Positions 1 to 8,457 of a stretch of 64,000 nt of DNA are shown piece after piece. The translations under genes were made by a program, and so were the position numbers. This DNA is from a virus. Location: the IMG/VR virus record IMGVR_UViG_3300029922_000031, positions 1-64,000 of that record. One strand, written 5' to 3'. The notes below the pieces were generated by a model. That model was not told the origin of the DNA. It made no database searches and was given only the letters and a program-made list of their open reading frames with translations. Positions within the stretch are counted from its first letter, which is position 1. Every line of letters starts with the position of its first letter.

Positions 1-580
1 CTCTCTGGCTGCGGTCTCTTCCCCGAGCCGAAGTCCTGAATCTTCGTACTTGGCTCTGAATCTTCGTTCTAATTGGGGATTCAATTAGAAGCTCGCTGAG
101 CGTTGGGAAATTTCAGATGCTTCATGCTAGCTCTGTCTCTGTGGATGCAGCTTGTTGACGTTCTCTGTTGATCTGTTCGTCATTGGGGACTGTGTTCTGT
201 GCTGCTGTCGAGATTGAGCTTGAAATGATGGATTTGGCCGATCTGTTGGCCGATGTTCCGATAACATTCGTCTTATGAAGTCCATGGCTTCTGATAAGAC
301 GAATCTTGATCTCGGTTGATGTTAACCGGGAAATAAATATTTCTGGATTTGGACTCTGTTCTGAAACCAAATACAACAAAATCTCTGGCTCATTCGCTGT
401 GATTGCGCGAATACAGGTGAACCGGGGCTCTATTGGCTTTGTGGGTTAGAGCCTGATCGCTGTTCGGTTTATCCGAAGTTTCAACTACGAGGGGTTGCGA
501 GTCTGATCAACCGGCGGCTCAACCATATTCGCATCTTCGGCAAGCTCGTCTCGAAACGTTCCGGCCCAGTAGGGCCGGAG
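1..580 (+). ncRNA. Candidate large structured non-coding RNA (possibly truncated by window start)
   Basis: Lower GC, no convincing ORF, consecutive hairpins at 67-90, 234-253, 266-304, 310-331, 426-453, 463-477, 496-533 and 560-579; imperfect pairs are G-U on the + strand. Confidence 0.35.
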
Positions 581-584
581 GCGG

Positions 585-826
585 TCATGACCAATCCCCT
601 ATGAGAACGTTCACTACTCCAATGTAGTCGTCGAGGGCGCAGCCCCAACCTTCTCTCCACTCTCTGTGTTCGGAAGAGCCATCGGGGAAGGGGTTGGTGT
701 CGAGGCCGTATTTCGCCTCATCGAAGACGCCTTGTAGGCTCCAGTTTTGGTGGCCGGCGAGCCAGGTGTCGTAACCATCTTGCCAGTGACTCTCGCCGGC
801 CGATCCTGTAGGGCGAAGGCTGTCAT
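585..826 (-). pseudogene. Rmf/CrpP-fold-like small protein, 1-bp frameshift (error or pseudogene)
   Basis: AAGGA RBS + ATG at 826; span 242 nt; adding one base at 811-813 gives MTAFAPTGSAGESHWQDGY...NPFPDGSSEHREWREGW. Confidence 0.5.
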
Positions 827-839
827 TTGGCGGCTTCCT

Positions 840-1100
840 TCATTGTCGCTTGGCGCAATAGGCTTCGATCGCTTCGCGGGTGCCGGGGTTTTCTTTGGCG
901 AGCCTGATCCGCATTCGGTCGAACCAGAAGTTGTCGGCGATGTTGTGTCGGAGGCGTTTGATCGTCGCCTCGAGATTGGCTTTGTAGGTGTAAATTGAGA
1001 TTCTGTCGGTCGGGTCAACGACGGTCAGGTCGAAGGACTGCCTGCCCTCCTTGTCGGGCTGACTGTAGATCGTGGGTGTGATTTGCCAGCGATTGGTCAT
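840..1100 (-). CDS. Hypothetical protein
   Basis: ATG (MTNRWQ) overlapping upstream stop, GGAG RBS. Confidence 0.65.
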   Translation of the reverse strand: MTNRWQITPTIYSQPDKEGRQSFDLTVVDPTDRISIYTYKANLEATIKRLRHNIADNFWFDRMRIRLAKENPGTREAIEAYCAKRQ

Positions 1101-1338
1101 ATCGGTCTCCCAGCGATGCCACAGTAGCCAAGGTCGAGCGAACCTCGGGGAATCGTACCTTCCGTCCGGCTCTCTTTCTGCCGATCTGCCCATCGCCAGG
1201 CCATCTTGCAGTCGGACGCCTGGCAGCGCTGGTTGGTGTAGATCGGCCCTTGCCATCCCGCACGTCGATCTCGTTGACGCAATAGGTCATGAGCGGGCAG
1301 ACCTGCTTTCGCGCCTCGGCTTCGGTGAGATAGGTCAT
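1097..1338 (-). pseudogene. Cys-rich phage protein, 1-bp frameshift
   Basis: MTYLTEAEARKQVCP in one frame, CQASDCKMAWRW...GYCGIAGRP in the next; span 242 nt; shift near 1247-1249. Confidence 0.65.
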
Positions 1339-1790
1339 TGCGGCCAATCCGTAGCAAAGTCGGTGATTTCGTGGGTCTCGGCGACGTGGTCAAACGCGCC
1401 GTAAAACTGTGAATAGCTGAGCGCCGGCCGCTCGCCCTCGTTTCTGCTGAAACTAAGCGACGATGGGATCATGTAGTCGCGCGCGCCGAAGCTGGCGAGC
1501 AGGCTGATGTAAAGGTTGGCGTTCGGCGGCATCCACCAAACCGCGTCGCTGATCGTCTTGTAGAGCGATCGCCATGAGGTGTGAGCGGTTGCGCGCGGGC
1601 CAATGTCGCTCACGGCGATGCTGGACGTCACCAGCACCTTTTGGAGCTGGATCTTGGTCGAGGTCATGTGAAACTCGACCGCGTCCCAGATGCGAGACTT
1701 GCCGCTCAGATTGAGGACGCGCCCGTTGGCTTGGGCGTAGCTGTCGAAACTTCCGACCAGGTGCCCGCGCTGATAGACGCAATAGGTCAC
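1335..1790 (-). CDS. Hypothetical protein
   Basis: 151-aa ORF with 4-nt overlaps on both sides. Confidence 0.65.
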   Translation of the reverse strand: MTYCVYQRGHLVGSFDSYAQANGRVLNLSGKSRIWDAVEFHMTSTKIQLQKVLVTSSIAVSDIGPRATAHTSWRSLYKTISDAVWWMPPNANLYISLLASFGARDYMIPSSLSFSRNEGERPALSYSQFYGAFDHVAETHEITDFATDWPQ

Positions 1791-1990
1791 AGCGTCGGCT
1801 CCAGCTTACCGTCGGCCCATTTGTAGTTGACCGGCTCCTCAGACTCGACGGCGCGAGTCTCCGTGACCAGCAGCCATCTTCGTTTGAGCGCTTTCACGTT
1901 GCCGATCGCCTCGGCTTCGGTGGCGAAGCGCAGTCCGTTGCCGAACCAACTGCCATCTTCGATTGTCTTAACCTCGGGCTTCCAAGACAT
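1787..1990 (-). CDS. Small phage protein
   Basis: AGGAGG RBS; MSWKPEVKT...GNGLRFATEAEA. Confidence 0.75.
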   Translation of the reverse strand: MSWKPEVKTIEDGSWFGNGLRFATEAEAIGNVKALKRRWLLVTETRAVESEEPVNYKWADGKLEPTL

Positions 1991-2420
1991 CTGTTCCTCC
2001 TTTGTAGTTTGGCGCTAGGCGCGTGATTTCTTCGGGTGTGGCGAGCCGCGGGGCGTTGAACTCCCACTCCTCGCTGTCTTCGGTTATCCAGCCGTCACCG
2101 AGGATCCATTTGCCGCGAACGTTCTCGATCAGGTAGATGCCGGGCGTCATGATCAGAGCGTCCGTAGCCAGGAATCGCGGGCCGACGGTCTCGTCGATGA
2201 ACCAATCGAAGCCGACGCCTTCATTAATCCAGAAGACGGCGCTGCCATCGTCGTAGGCGAGAACCTCGATCTCATGCTCAAGCTGACGGTGCGCGTCGTA
2301 GTCGATGGATAGAATTTCGGCCAGAATCCAGCCGGGCTTGGCGATCGACGGCGGCTCGTAGTCTTCGATCTCCGCGGGTGTCGTGATCTCGTCGGTGAGG
2401 TCATGCAGGAGGTCAGACAT
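1968..2420 (-). CDS. Hypothetical acidic protein
   Basis: 150-aa ORF, coupled in operon. Confidence 0.7.
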   Translation of the reverse strand: MSDLLHDLTDEITTPAEIEDYEPPSIAKPGWILAEILSIDYDAHRQLEHEIEVLAYDDGSAVFWINEGVGFDWFIDETVGPRFLATDALIMTPGIYLIENVRGKWILGDGWITEDSEEWEFNAPRLATPEEITRLAPNYKGGTDVLEARG

Positions 2421-2610
2421 TGACTGCCACCTGCTCCTGTCGCACCCAGCGGGCGTGCTTATTCTTGGAGACGAGAAAGCCCGCCGCGCCGGCGAGGCAG
2501 ATGGTGTTCTCCTCCGCGGCGATGATCTCCCAGTCCTCTGCGCCTAGCGCGCCGACGATCTGGAGCTCGCGCTGCGTCACAGGTCGCACGGAGCATTTTT
2601 GATTGAGCAT
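2413..2610 (-). CDS. Hypothetical protein
   Basis: AAGGACAGCGAC-ATG start (MLNQK). Confidence 0.65.
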   Translation of the reverse strand: MLNQKCSVRPVTQRELQIVGALGAEDWEIIAAEENTICLAGAAGFLVSKNKHARWVRQEQVAVNV

Positions 2611-2752
2611 GTCGCTGTCCTTGTGTCTGCGTTGATCGCAATTACATAGTCGCATCAGCGACTTAGGCGTACAATTGGCAGTTGATGGCAATCAAGACTG
2701 ATTGGACAACACCTCGAAAACGTGGATCATCAGACTGCCGCTATGGAAGCGG

Positions 2753-2965
2753 TCATGTCACCTCCTTGCAGACTGCCCGGCATTTGGCGTGGACGGTCTG
2801 ATCGTCATCGCCGAATTGCATGACCGGCTCGTCTGAGCCCAGCGGATCACCACAGGATGCGCAGAGAGCGCCCGCCAGCAGCTTTCGCAGGTGCAGGGCC
2901 TCCCAACGCCACCCGCGTTCTTCATCGGCGCTCTGGAGCGCCTGCATTGTTTCCTCGAAGCTCAC
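2753..2965 (-). CDS. Small Zn-finger-like protein
   Basis: CASC...HAKC; AGGAG RBS. Confidence 0.65.
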   Translation of the reverse strand: MSFEETMQALQSADEERGWRWEALHLRKLLAGALCASCGDPLGSDEPVMQFGDDDQTVHAKCRAVCKEVT

Positions 2966-2975
2966 GGGTCTCTCC

Positions 2976-3350
2976 TCAATATTCGCTGGGAAGCATGATG
3001 GTCATCTGCTCGCCGCGGACGCACCAGAGCTTGAAGTTCTTGCCCGGCTCGATCGGGAAGTCCGAATACTCGATGGACTCTCGGTAGACGACGTTGTCGT
3101 TGCCATCCTCGCACTGGAGGATCCAGGTGTCGCCGCTGGTGCTGCGCGCGAGGATCCAGACCTGAAACTCCTCGCCGGCGACCGCCAGGGTGAACTGGTT
3201 GGTGGCGATCTTGTCGATCAGCCAGTAAGCGCCGGCGCCCTCGGCGAGGGCCTGCACGCCTTCCGTGTAAACGACGCCGCGCACCAGGCTGTGCTGATAG
3301 AACTCGGAACTGCCGGTGAATCCGGTCAGGTCACTCAATTTGAAGGTCAT
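2976..3350 (-). CDS. DUF6876-like protein
   Basis: FTGSSEFYQH...YTEGVQALAEGAGAYWLIDKIA. Confidence 0.75.
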   Translation of the reverse strand: MTFKLSDLTGFTGSSEFYQHSLVRGVVYTEGVQALAEGAGAYWLIDKIATNQFTLAVAGEEFQVWILARSTSGDTWILQCEDGNDNVVYRESIEYSDFPIEPGKNFKLWCVRGEQMTIMLPSEY

Positions 3351-3763
3351 GACGGCTCCCTAAGAAAACATGGGGAAATTGAGTCGCCGGGCAGTAGCGC
3401 GTAGCCGCGGCGAGTGAGGAAATTGACGATGCGAGCCTGGTTCTCGTTGCTCGTGCCAAGCACGTTTTCCACGAAGATTTGACGGCGAGTGTGTGCCTCG
3501 AGGAAGTCGAGGACGGCGGTGAAGATGCCGCGACCTTGATGCGCCTGCTCCACGTCGATGACGGCGACGTCCAGCGTTTCGCGCAGCGTGTCGCGCGCGA
3601 GGTTGAAGCGGCGCGATCGCCGCAGGTAGAGGCTCAAAGGGCCGGCATGGAACCAGGCGTTGCGAGGCGCTTTGCCGCCGGCAATGAATACGCCAGCCTG
3701 ACGCCGCAGACTAAAGAGCGTCGTGGCGACAGAGCGATCTTCGATGACGAGGCTCGCGCTCAT
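3347..3763 (-). CDS. GNAT-like acetyltransferase
   Basis: LDVAVIDVEQAHQGRGIFT (acetyl-CoA motif A). Confidence 0.65.
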   Translation of the reverse strand: MSASLVIEDRSVATTLFSLRRQAGVFIAGGKAPRNAWFHAGPLSLYLRRSRRFNLARDTLRETLDVAVIDVEQAHQGRGIFTAVLDFLEAHTRRQIFVENVLGTSNENQARIVNFLTRRGYALLPGDSISPCFLREPS

Positions 3764-3765
3764 GA

Positions 3766-3975
3766 TCAGCGCGCCGGCGGATAGAGCGACATGGTCCAAT
3801 TCAGTCGAAAGTCGTGAACGTCCGGCAGAGCATCGGCCCGTGTCGTTGATTCCACAGGGAAGATCGCGATGACGTCGGAACTGCCGTGAGACGTTGCTAT
3901 GGCGAGCCCCTCTTCCCATTCGTCACCCTTTTCGCGCTTGAAATCGCAGTAGCAGGCGGCCAGTTCCATCTTCAT
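3766..3975 (-). CDS. Hypothetical protein
   Basis: AGGAG RBS, first gene after an intergenic gap. Confidence 0.65.
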   Translation of the reverse strand: MKMELAACYCDFKREKGDEWEEGLAIATSHGSSDVIAIFPVESTTRADALPDVHDFRLNWTMSLYPPAR

Positions 3976-4057
3976 TGATCGCTCCTGTGCGCTTTTGTGT
4001 CGCTTCGCACGACTAAAAGCATAATGCGCGCAGAGACTTAGGCACGCAATTGGGAGA

Positions 4058-4350
4058 TCACGGTTTGAAGTCGCAATAGTCGCCGACGTGCCAGACGAAC
4101 GCTTGGACGTCCTCGACGTAGCCGTTCTTCACCAGCCACGGCAGGAAGTTGTAGGCGTCGGGCTCGTCGAAGCCCCATTCATCCATCGGCACGAACTCAG
4201 CCACGAATTTTGCAGCGACCTCGGCCTTGGAGAACGCCTTGATCACGCGCGTCGAACCTTCCACTGCTTGTCGGAGTAGAAGCCGCGCTCGATGATGAGG
4301 AGGTCGCCGGCCTGGAACTGCTGATCGGCGACGGGCTCGAGTTTGGTCAT
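4058..4350 (-). pseudogene. Phage protein, 1-bp frameshift
   Basis: MTKLEP...LLIIERGFYSDKQW joins EGSTRVIKAF... if TGGAA is TGGGAA (4261-4262); span 293 nt. Confidence 0.6.
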
Positions 4351-4868
4351 TTGCCCGAAACCTCAAGAATGCGGTAGCGCCTGGTGAAGGGATGATCGAC
4401 GAGGGGTTGGTCGATCTCGTTAGGCCAGTCGGCCCGTCCCCAATGCGCGCCGCCGCCATAGTCGACGGTCGGGTAGCTGATGTCGGCGACGGACATGAAT
4501 CGAGGGCCGTCGACGTCAGCGTTGAGGTCGACGATTCGATCCTCGTCGTCCCATTCGTAGTCTACGCCGCTCTCTGCTCGGCCGAACTCTTCCTCGAGGT
4601 CGTTCATGATGTCGTCGATCATGTCGGCGACGTCGACGGAGCCGTCCGGCGCGTCATAGTCCGAGTGAACCATCCAGGTGCTGCACCCGCGGATGATCCA
4701 ATAGGCTGGGCGCGAGTTGATCGTGCCGACGTAGAACAGCGCGCGTCCGTCGCCGTAGACCTTTGACAGAACGTGCGGCGTGAAGGTGATGGCGTCCGCC
4801 GGCACCCACAGGTGCGCGGTGATCGGGAGCTGGAGCGCCTGTAGGCGGAGGGAGATTGGGTCGGTCAT
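4347..4868 (-). CDS. Hypothetical protein
   Basis: MTDPISL start with ATGA overlap and GGGAG RBS. Confidence 0.7.
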   Translation of the reverse strand: MTDPISLRLQALQLPITAHLWVPADAITFTPHVLSKVYGDGRALFYVGTINSRPAYWIIRGCSTWMVHSDYDAPDGSVDVADMIDDIMNDLEEEFGRAESGVDYEWDDEDRIVDLNADVDGPRFMSVADISYPTVDYGGGAHWGRADWPNEIDQPLVDHPFTRRYRILEVSGK

Positions 4869-5221
4869 GCTCCCTCGCGATCTTCGGGGATGATTGCCGT
4901 CGCGATCCACTGACCGTCTTTGGTCGGGCCGGCGACGACGGTGTTGGCGAAGACGACGGTGATCGGCACCTTCTCGCCGGTCTCGAGGAGCACGGTTTGA
5001 TCGTCGGCTTCGAGGTCGATAGACACGACGCCGACGACGTTCTTCACCTCGACGCCTTCGAGAAACCTGACATCCTTGTCGCAGTCGCTGCACCAAGCGT
5101 TGTCGTAGGTCGACTCGGTCTCCCAGCGCTGCCCCTCGACGTCCCACGTCGAAAAGTAGTCGCACTTGACGGCGGCCGCGCCGCAGTTTGGGCAGACGTA
5201 TTGCAGAAGCTTCTCGGTCAC
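4865..5221 (-). CDS. Zn-ribbon protein
   Basis: GTG after GGAGG; CPNC...CSDC. Confidence 0.7.
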   Translation of the reverse strand: MTEKLLQYVCPNCGAAAVKCDYFSTWDVEGQRWETESTYDNAWCSDCDKDVRFLEGVEVKNVVGVVSIDLEADDQTVLLETGEKVPITVVFANTVVAGPTKDGQWIATAIIPEDREGA

Positions 5222-5550
5222 GACGCACCTCCGATCGTGTCGATCCAGCAGACCTTTTTGCCGCCGAAGCGACCGTCGAGCGACGTGTCGCCCCATTCGT
5301 AGAGTTCGTCCATCAGACTGTCGAAGTGGTCTGCGATGGCGTCCTCGTCCGTGGTGAGATCGTCGAAAGCCTCAATCAGACCCATCCTCTCCAGCTCAAC
5401 CAGACGTTCGCCGACGAACGGCTCCAAGGCTTTGAGGCGATCGGCGACAATTTGAGCCATCTCTTGAATTGCGATCCGGCCGTTTTGGGCCAAATCCCAC
5501 TCGGGCTGTAGCTTCAGCCTGCGCTGCCAGTTGCTCATTTGCTGGGCCAT
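5218..5550 (-). CDS. Hypothetical protein
   Basis: 110-aa ORF, coupled. Confidence 0.7.
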   Translation of the reverse strand: MAQQMSNWQRRLKLQPEWDLAQNGRIAIQEMAQIVADRLKALEPFVGERLVELERMGLIEAFDDLTTDEDAIADHFDSLMDELYEWGDTSLDGRFGGKKVCWIDTIGGAS

Positions 5551-5825
5551 CCCATGAACGGGCCTTTGATCGCTGCGATCGAGGAAATATCGACGAAGGT
5601 GGTCATGGCTTCGCCCTCCGCGTTCTCCTCGTTCGGCGACTCGATGCCGAGTGTGTCCGATCGCCCCGACTCTGGCAGAGCCACTGCGCCGAAGATCTCC
5701 ACGCCGGAGATGAGGAAAACGCGAACGAAGTAGCCCGCGCCCTCTGGGCTCTTTTTGAAGCCGCTGATCGGGGACATACTTTTGTCGAAGTGCTTGATGG
5801 CTTGCTGGAGTTGCGTGAGGTTCAC
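5535..5825 (-). CDS. Hypothetical protein
   Basis: AAGGAG RBS + GTG. Confidence 0.65.
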   Translation of the reverse strand: MNLTQLQQAIKHFDKSMSPISGFKKSPEGAGYFVRVFLISGVEIFGAVALPESGRSDTLGIESPNEENAEGEAMTTFVDISSIAAIKGPFMGWPSK

Positions 5826-5991
5826 TGCGATTTCTCCTTGATGTTCAGAGTCTTGCGATAGGCGAGCACGATCTGTCCGAGCCAGATTGTTCTTCGATCA
5901 TTCAAGAATACGTTGATCGACGCGGGTTAGAATTGGCAATCAATCAAAGTTGACTGGCACTTGCAGGTAAGCGAAAGCTAGGCGTATAGGC

Positions 5992-6381
5992 TCAGTTTTC
6001 TTTGGTTACGACGTGCATTACCCAATAACACTGTGGATCGCCGTATGGTCTGGCGCAATACCAGTTGCCGAGCGTCGGGTCGGGGGCATCTGCGGCAAGA
6101 ATCTTATGCTCGATAGCGATCCGCGTGCCTTTGTCGATGAAGCGGCAGAAGCCGATGTTGACGCGCGGTTGCAGGTAGACGACCGCCGCCGCCTGGTCGG
6201 TGTCGGCTAACTCAATCAGTCGCCAGGTTTCCTCGGCGGCGATGCAGCCGACGACAGTGTCCGCGGCGATCGTGTCGGGTGACAGGCCCGAATATTTTTC
6301 CTGACTCTGAACGTGGATGACACCGATCCCAAGCAAACCGAGGGCCATGGTGACTAACAGCAGCGGGTGTTTGTGACTCAT
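5992..6381 (-). CDS. Putative secreted/periplasmic Cys-containing protein
   Basis: N-terminal signal peptide MSHKHPLLLVTMALGLLGIGVIHVQS; 4 Cys; own GCTATA promoter at 6412. Confidence 0.7.
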   Translation of the reverse strand: MSHKHPLLLVTMALGLLGIGVIHVQSQEKYSGLSPDTIAADTVVGCIAAEETWRLIELADTDQAAAVVYLQPRVNIGFCRFIDKGTRIAIEHKILAADAPDPTLGNWYCARPYGDPQCYWVMHVVTKEN

Positions 6382-6447
6382 TTTGACCTCAGTTTCTCTC
6401 GTCGCGATCTCTATAGCGCGCTTTAAGAGCTAGTCATGCGGGATTTC

Positions 6448-6663
6448 TCAGCCGAGAGCGGCGGGTTCTCTTGATTCTCTCACCCGCATCGCCAAGGTGA
6501 GCGCCGCCATTCGATCATCTTTCATGGCTTTAATGGCCGCCTCGCGCAGCGGCAAGTCCGGATGTTCGGTGATCCAGGTCGCGTAGTTGCCCAGATTCGC
6601 GGCGCGGTCGTAGAGGGCGGTCTGGATGATCTCGCGCTCAGCTTGGGTGATTTCGAGGATCAT
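6448..6663 (-). CDS. Hypothetical protein
   Basis: 71-aa ORF, ATGA overlap. Confidence 0.65.
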   Translation of the reverse strand: MILEITQAEREIIQTALYDRAANLGNYATWITEHPDLPLREAAIKAMKDDRMAALTLAMRVRESREPAALG

Positions 6664-6851
6664 CGGCGCAACCTTTCGCCGAGTTTAAACAAGGCAGATC
6701 GCTCGATGTCGATGGCTTCGACGGCGCGGTCGCGCAGCGTCAGCTTTGAATCGCCGGCGATCCACTTCCGGTATTCAGAGAGGGCATCGGTGCGGGCGTA
6801 GATGGCGCGCATGAGCAGGTCATGCTCGGCGTCGGTGAAGGTGACGTTCAT
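6660..6851 (-). CDS. Hypothetical protein
   Basis: 63-aa ORF, ATGA overlap. Confidence 0.65.
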   Translation of the reverse strand: MNVTFTDAEHDLLMRAIYARTDALSEYRKWIAGDSKLTLRDRAVEAIDIERSALFKLGERLRR

Positions 6852-7281
6852 TTGCTCAGCCTTTCGCAGAGCGCGTCGATCTGCTCGCCGGAGAGCGGTT
6901 CATGCTTGCCGCCGTTGGTGAAAATGGCCTGAATTATGTAACGGAAAATGGCCTGAATCATGTAACGTTCGTTGAACGATAGCGTATATGGGTCGACGCA
7001 CTGCCAAAGCCGCAAGGCGGCAATGACGCCGTCGCGCTCGATTTCGGTCAACTCGATGGTGAACTGCGGCATCATCTTCTCCCCGGTCATTGGATTGAGC
7101 CCGTGCGCGTCGCGCCATAAGCGCTGAAACTCACAGGCGGCGTCTTCCAGCATGAACCCGTGCAGCTTGCCGTCGGGCTCCTGCGCGAACCATTTGGCCG
7201 GCGTTCGCGGTGCCCCTTCGGGCCAATCCATGTCGCCCCGCGCAAAGACCTGCACGTCAAGCTGCCAGTTTCGGGCTTCAC
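6848..7281 (-). pseudogene. Hypothetical protein, 1-bp frameshift just after the start (may be two genes)
   Basis: GGAGAGG + GTG at 7281; MKPE joins NWQLDVQV if GAAAC is GAAAAC (7269-7271); span 434 nt. Confidence 0.5.
6920..6967. repeat. 24-bp in-frame tandem duplication
   Basis: gaaaatggcctgaat(t/c)atgtaacg x2, encoding RY(M/I)IQAIF x2. Confidence 0.9.
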
Positions 7282-7649
7282 GAGTCCTCTCCGATCTTGT
7301 TGAGCTTGTCGAAGGTCCACTCGTCGCCGGCCTCGTCGATGAAGATGATCTGGCCGTTTTCGCGGTGCGGCACCTGGGAATCCCAGTCGACCTCGCCGCC
7401 TTCGCTGGCGTATTCGGGCTCTCCGTCGTCGTCGATCCCGCTGATCCCAACGACCGTGTAGACGATCTCAAGGACGTCGGTGATCTCGCGCCCAGTGGGC
7501 GACACGTATTTGCTCACGATTCGATCTCCTTCTTCTTCAAATTGCTCTGGGAAAGGGCGCTTGAATGGTCCCCTACCCTTCCGAGCGGGAATCACGCGCT
7601 GACGATACTTGGCCGAGCCAAGATCGCGTGCAATCGGGTTGCGGGTCAT
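7278..7649 (-). CDS. ArfA-like basic N-terminal peptide joined to an acidic domain with its own start (GTG 7517)
   Basis: NPIARDLGSAKYRQRVIPARKGRGPFKR resembles the ArfA core; internal AAGGAG+GTG at 7517. Confidence 0.55.
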   Translation of the reverse strand: MTRNPIARDLGSAKYRQRVIPARKGRGPFKRPFPEQFEEEGDRIVSKYVSPTGREITDVLEIVYTVVGISGIDDDGEPEYASEGGEVDWDSQVPHRENGQIIFIDEAGDEWTFDKLNKIGEDS

Positions 7650-7702
7650 CGTAGTCGCTGCTCCTCGTGCGATCTCTATATAGCTAAGATCGCACGAGTT
7701 GC

Positions 7703-7927
7703 TTAGGGTGTCTGCTGGCGATTAGCGGCAGTCTTCGCTTGAATCTTGTTGAAGACGTCGACGGCGCCTTTGATGGACTTCGCCAGCGTGACGCGATCCG
7801 TCACCGACAGTTCGCTCCAGACGGGAACGGTGTGATCGGTGCGGTTTGGATTGCGGGTCATCGACTCCCGCATCATTAGCGTGAGGAAGGTCTGGCAGGC
7901 GAGTTCGAGCGGCTGATCGATGATCAC
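7703..7927 (-). CDS. Hypothetical protein
   Basis: 74-aa ORF, GTGA overlap. Confidence 0.65.
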   Translation of the reverse strand: MIIDQPLELACQTFLTLMMRESMTRNPNRTDHTVPVWSELSVTDRVTLAKSIKGAVDVFNKIQAKTAANRQQTP

Positions 7928-8457
7928 GCTGCGCCCGCCGTCTCGTAATAGGCGTCGAGAATGCCGATCGCGCGGTTCTGCAAGCCCAAGTGAGCCTTTT
8001 GAAGCACCTTCATCAGCGCTTCCTTCTCAGCCATGTAGATCTTGGCAAACTCGGGGTCGAAGGCTGCGATAGTGGACGAGTTGTCGATCAGGTCCGCGAC
8101 CTTGATCGACTGAACGCGGTGGTCGGCGCAAGACAGGCGCACGCGGTCGATCGCCTTGCGACGCGCCCGGTTGAGGCCCCTGCCCGCCGGCGTGTCGGTC
8201 AGCATGACGACCATGTGTTCGATCTCAGGCGAGAAACAGACGCCGATCTCGCACGAGGCGACGCCGGGGCAGTCTTCGAGTACATCGTGCATCCACGCCG
8301 CGCAGAGAGTCGCCTGGTCCGTGATCCCGACCGATCTCAGAATAGCGACCACCGACTGCGGGTGGGTGATATACGGCAAATTCGTGTATTTGCGTCGCTG
8401 ATTGTTCGCGCCGTGCGCCTCTGTCGCGAAAATTCTAGCCTTTTCAATGAGGGACAT
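7924..8457 (-). CDS. RelA/SpoT-type HD hydrolase (small alarmone hydrolase/Mesh1-like)
   Basis: FATEAH..QRRKYTNLPYITHP...AAWMHDVLED...IKVADLIDN. Confidence 0.85.
   Translation of the reverse strand: MSLIEKARIFATEAHGANNQRRKYTNLPYITHPQSVVAILRSVGITDQATLCAAWMHDVLEDCPGVASCEIGVCFSPEIEHMVVMLTDTPAGRGLNRARRKAIDRVRLSCADHRVQSIKVADLIDNSSTIAAFDPEFAKIYMAEKEALMKVLQKAHLGLQNRAIGILDAYYETAGAA

Noticed and set aside
122-379. 85-aa minus-strand ORF
   Set aside because: Atypical composition and codon usage, no clear RBS, lies in the hairpin-rich region
503-557. Hammerhead-like CTGATCA...GAAAC
   Set aside because: Core should be CUGAnGA and the required stems do not form
614-1018. 134-aa track ORF; also TGA read-through from 840-1100 into the Rmf-like frame
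   Set aside because: A single-base deletion after the RBS+ATG at 826 is simpler; no systematic in-frame stops or suppressor tRNA, so no recoding
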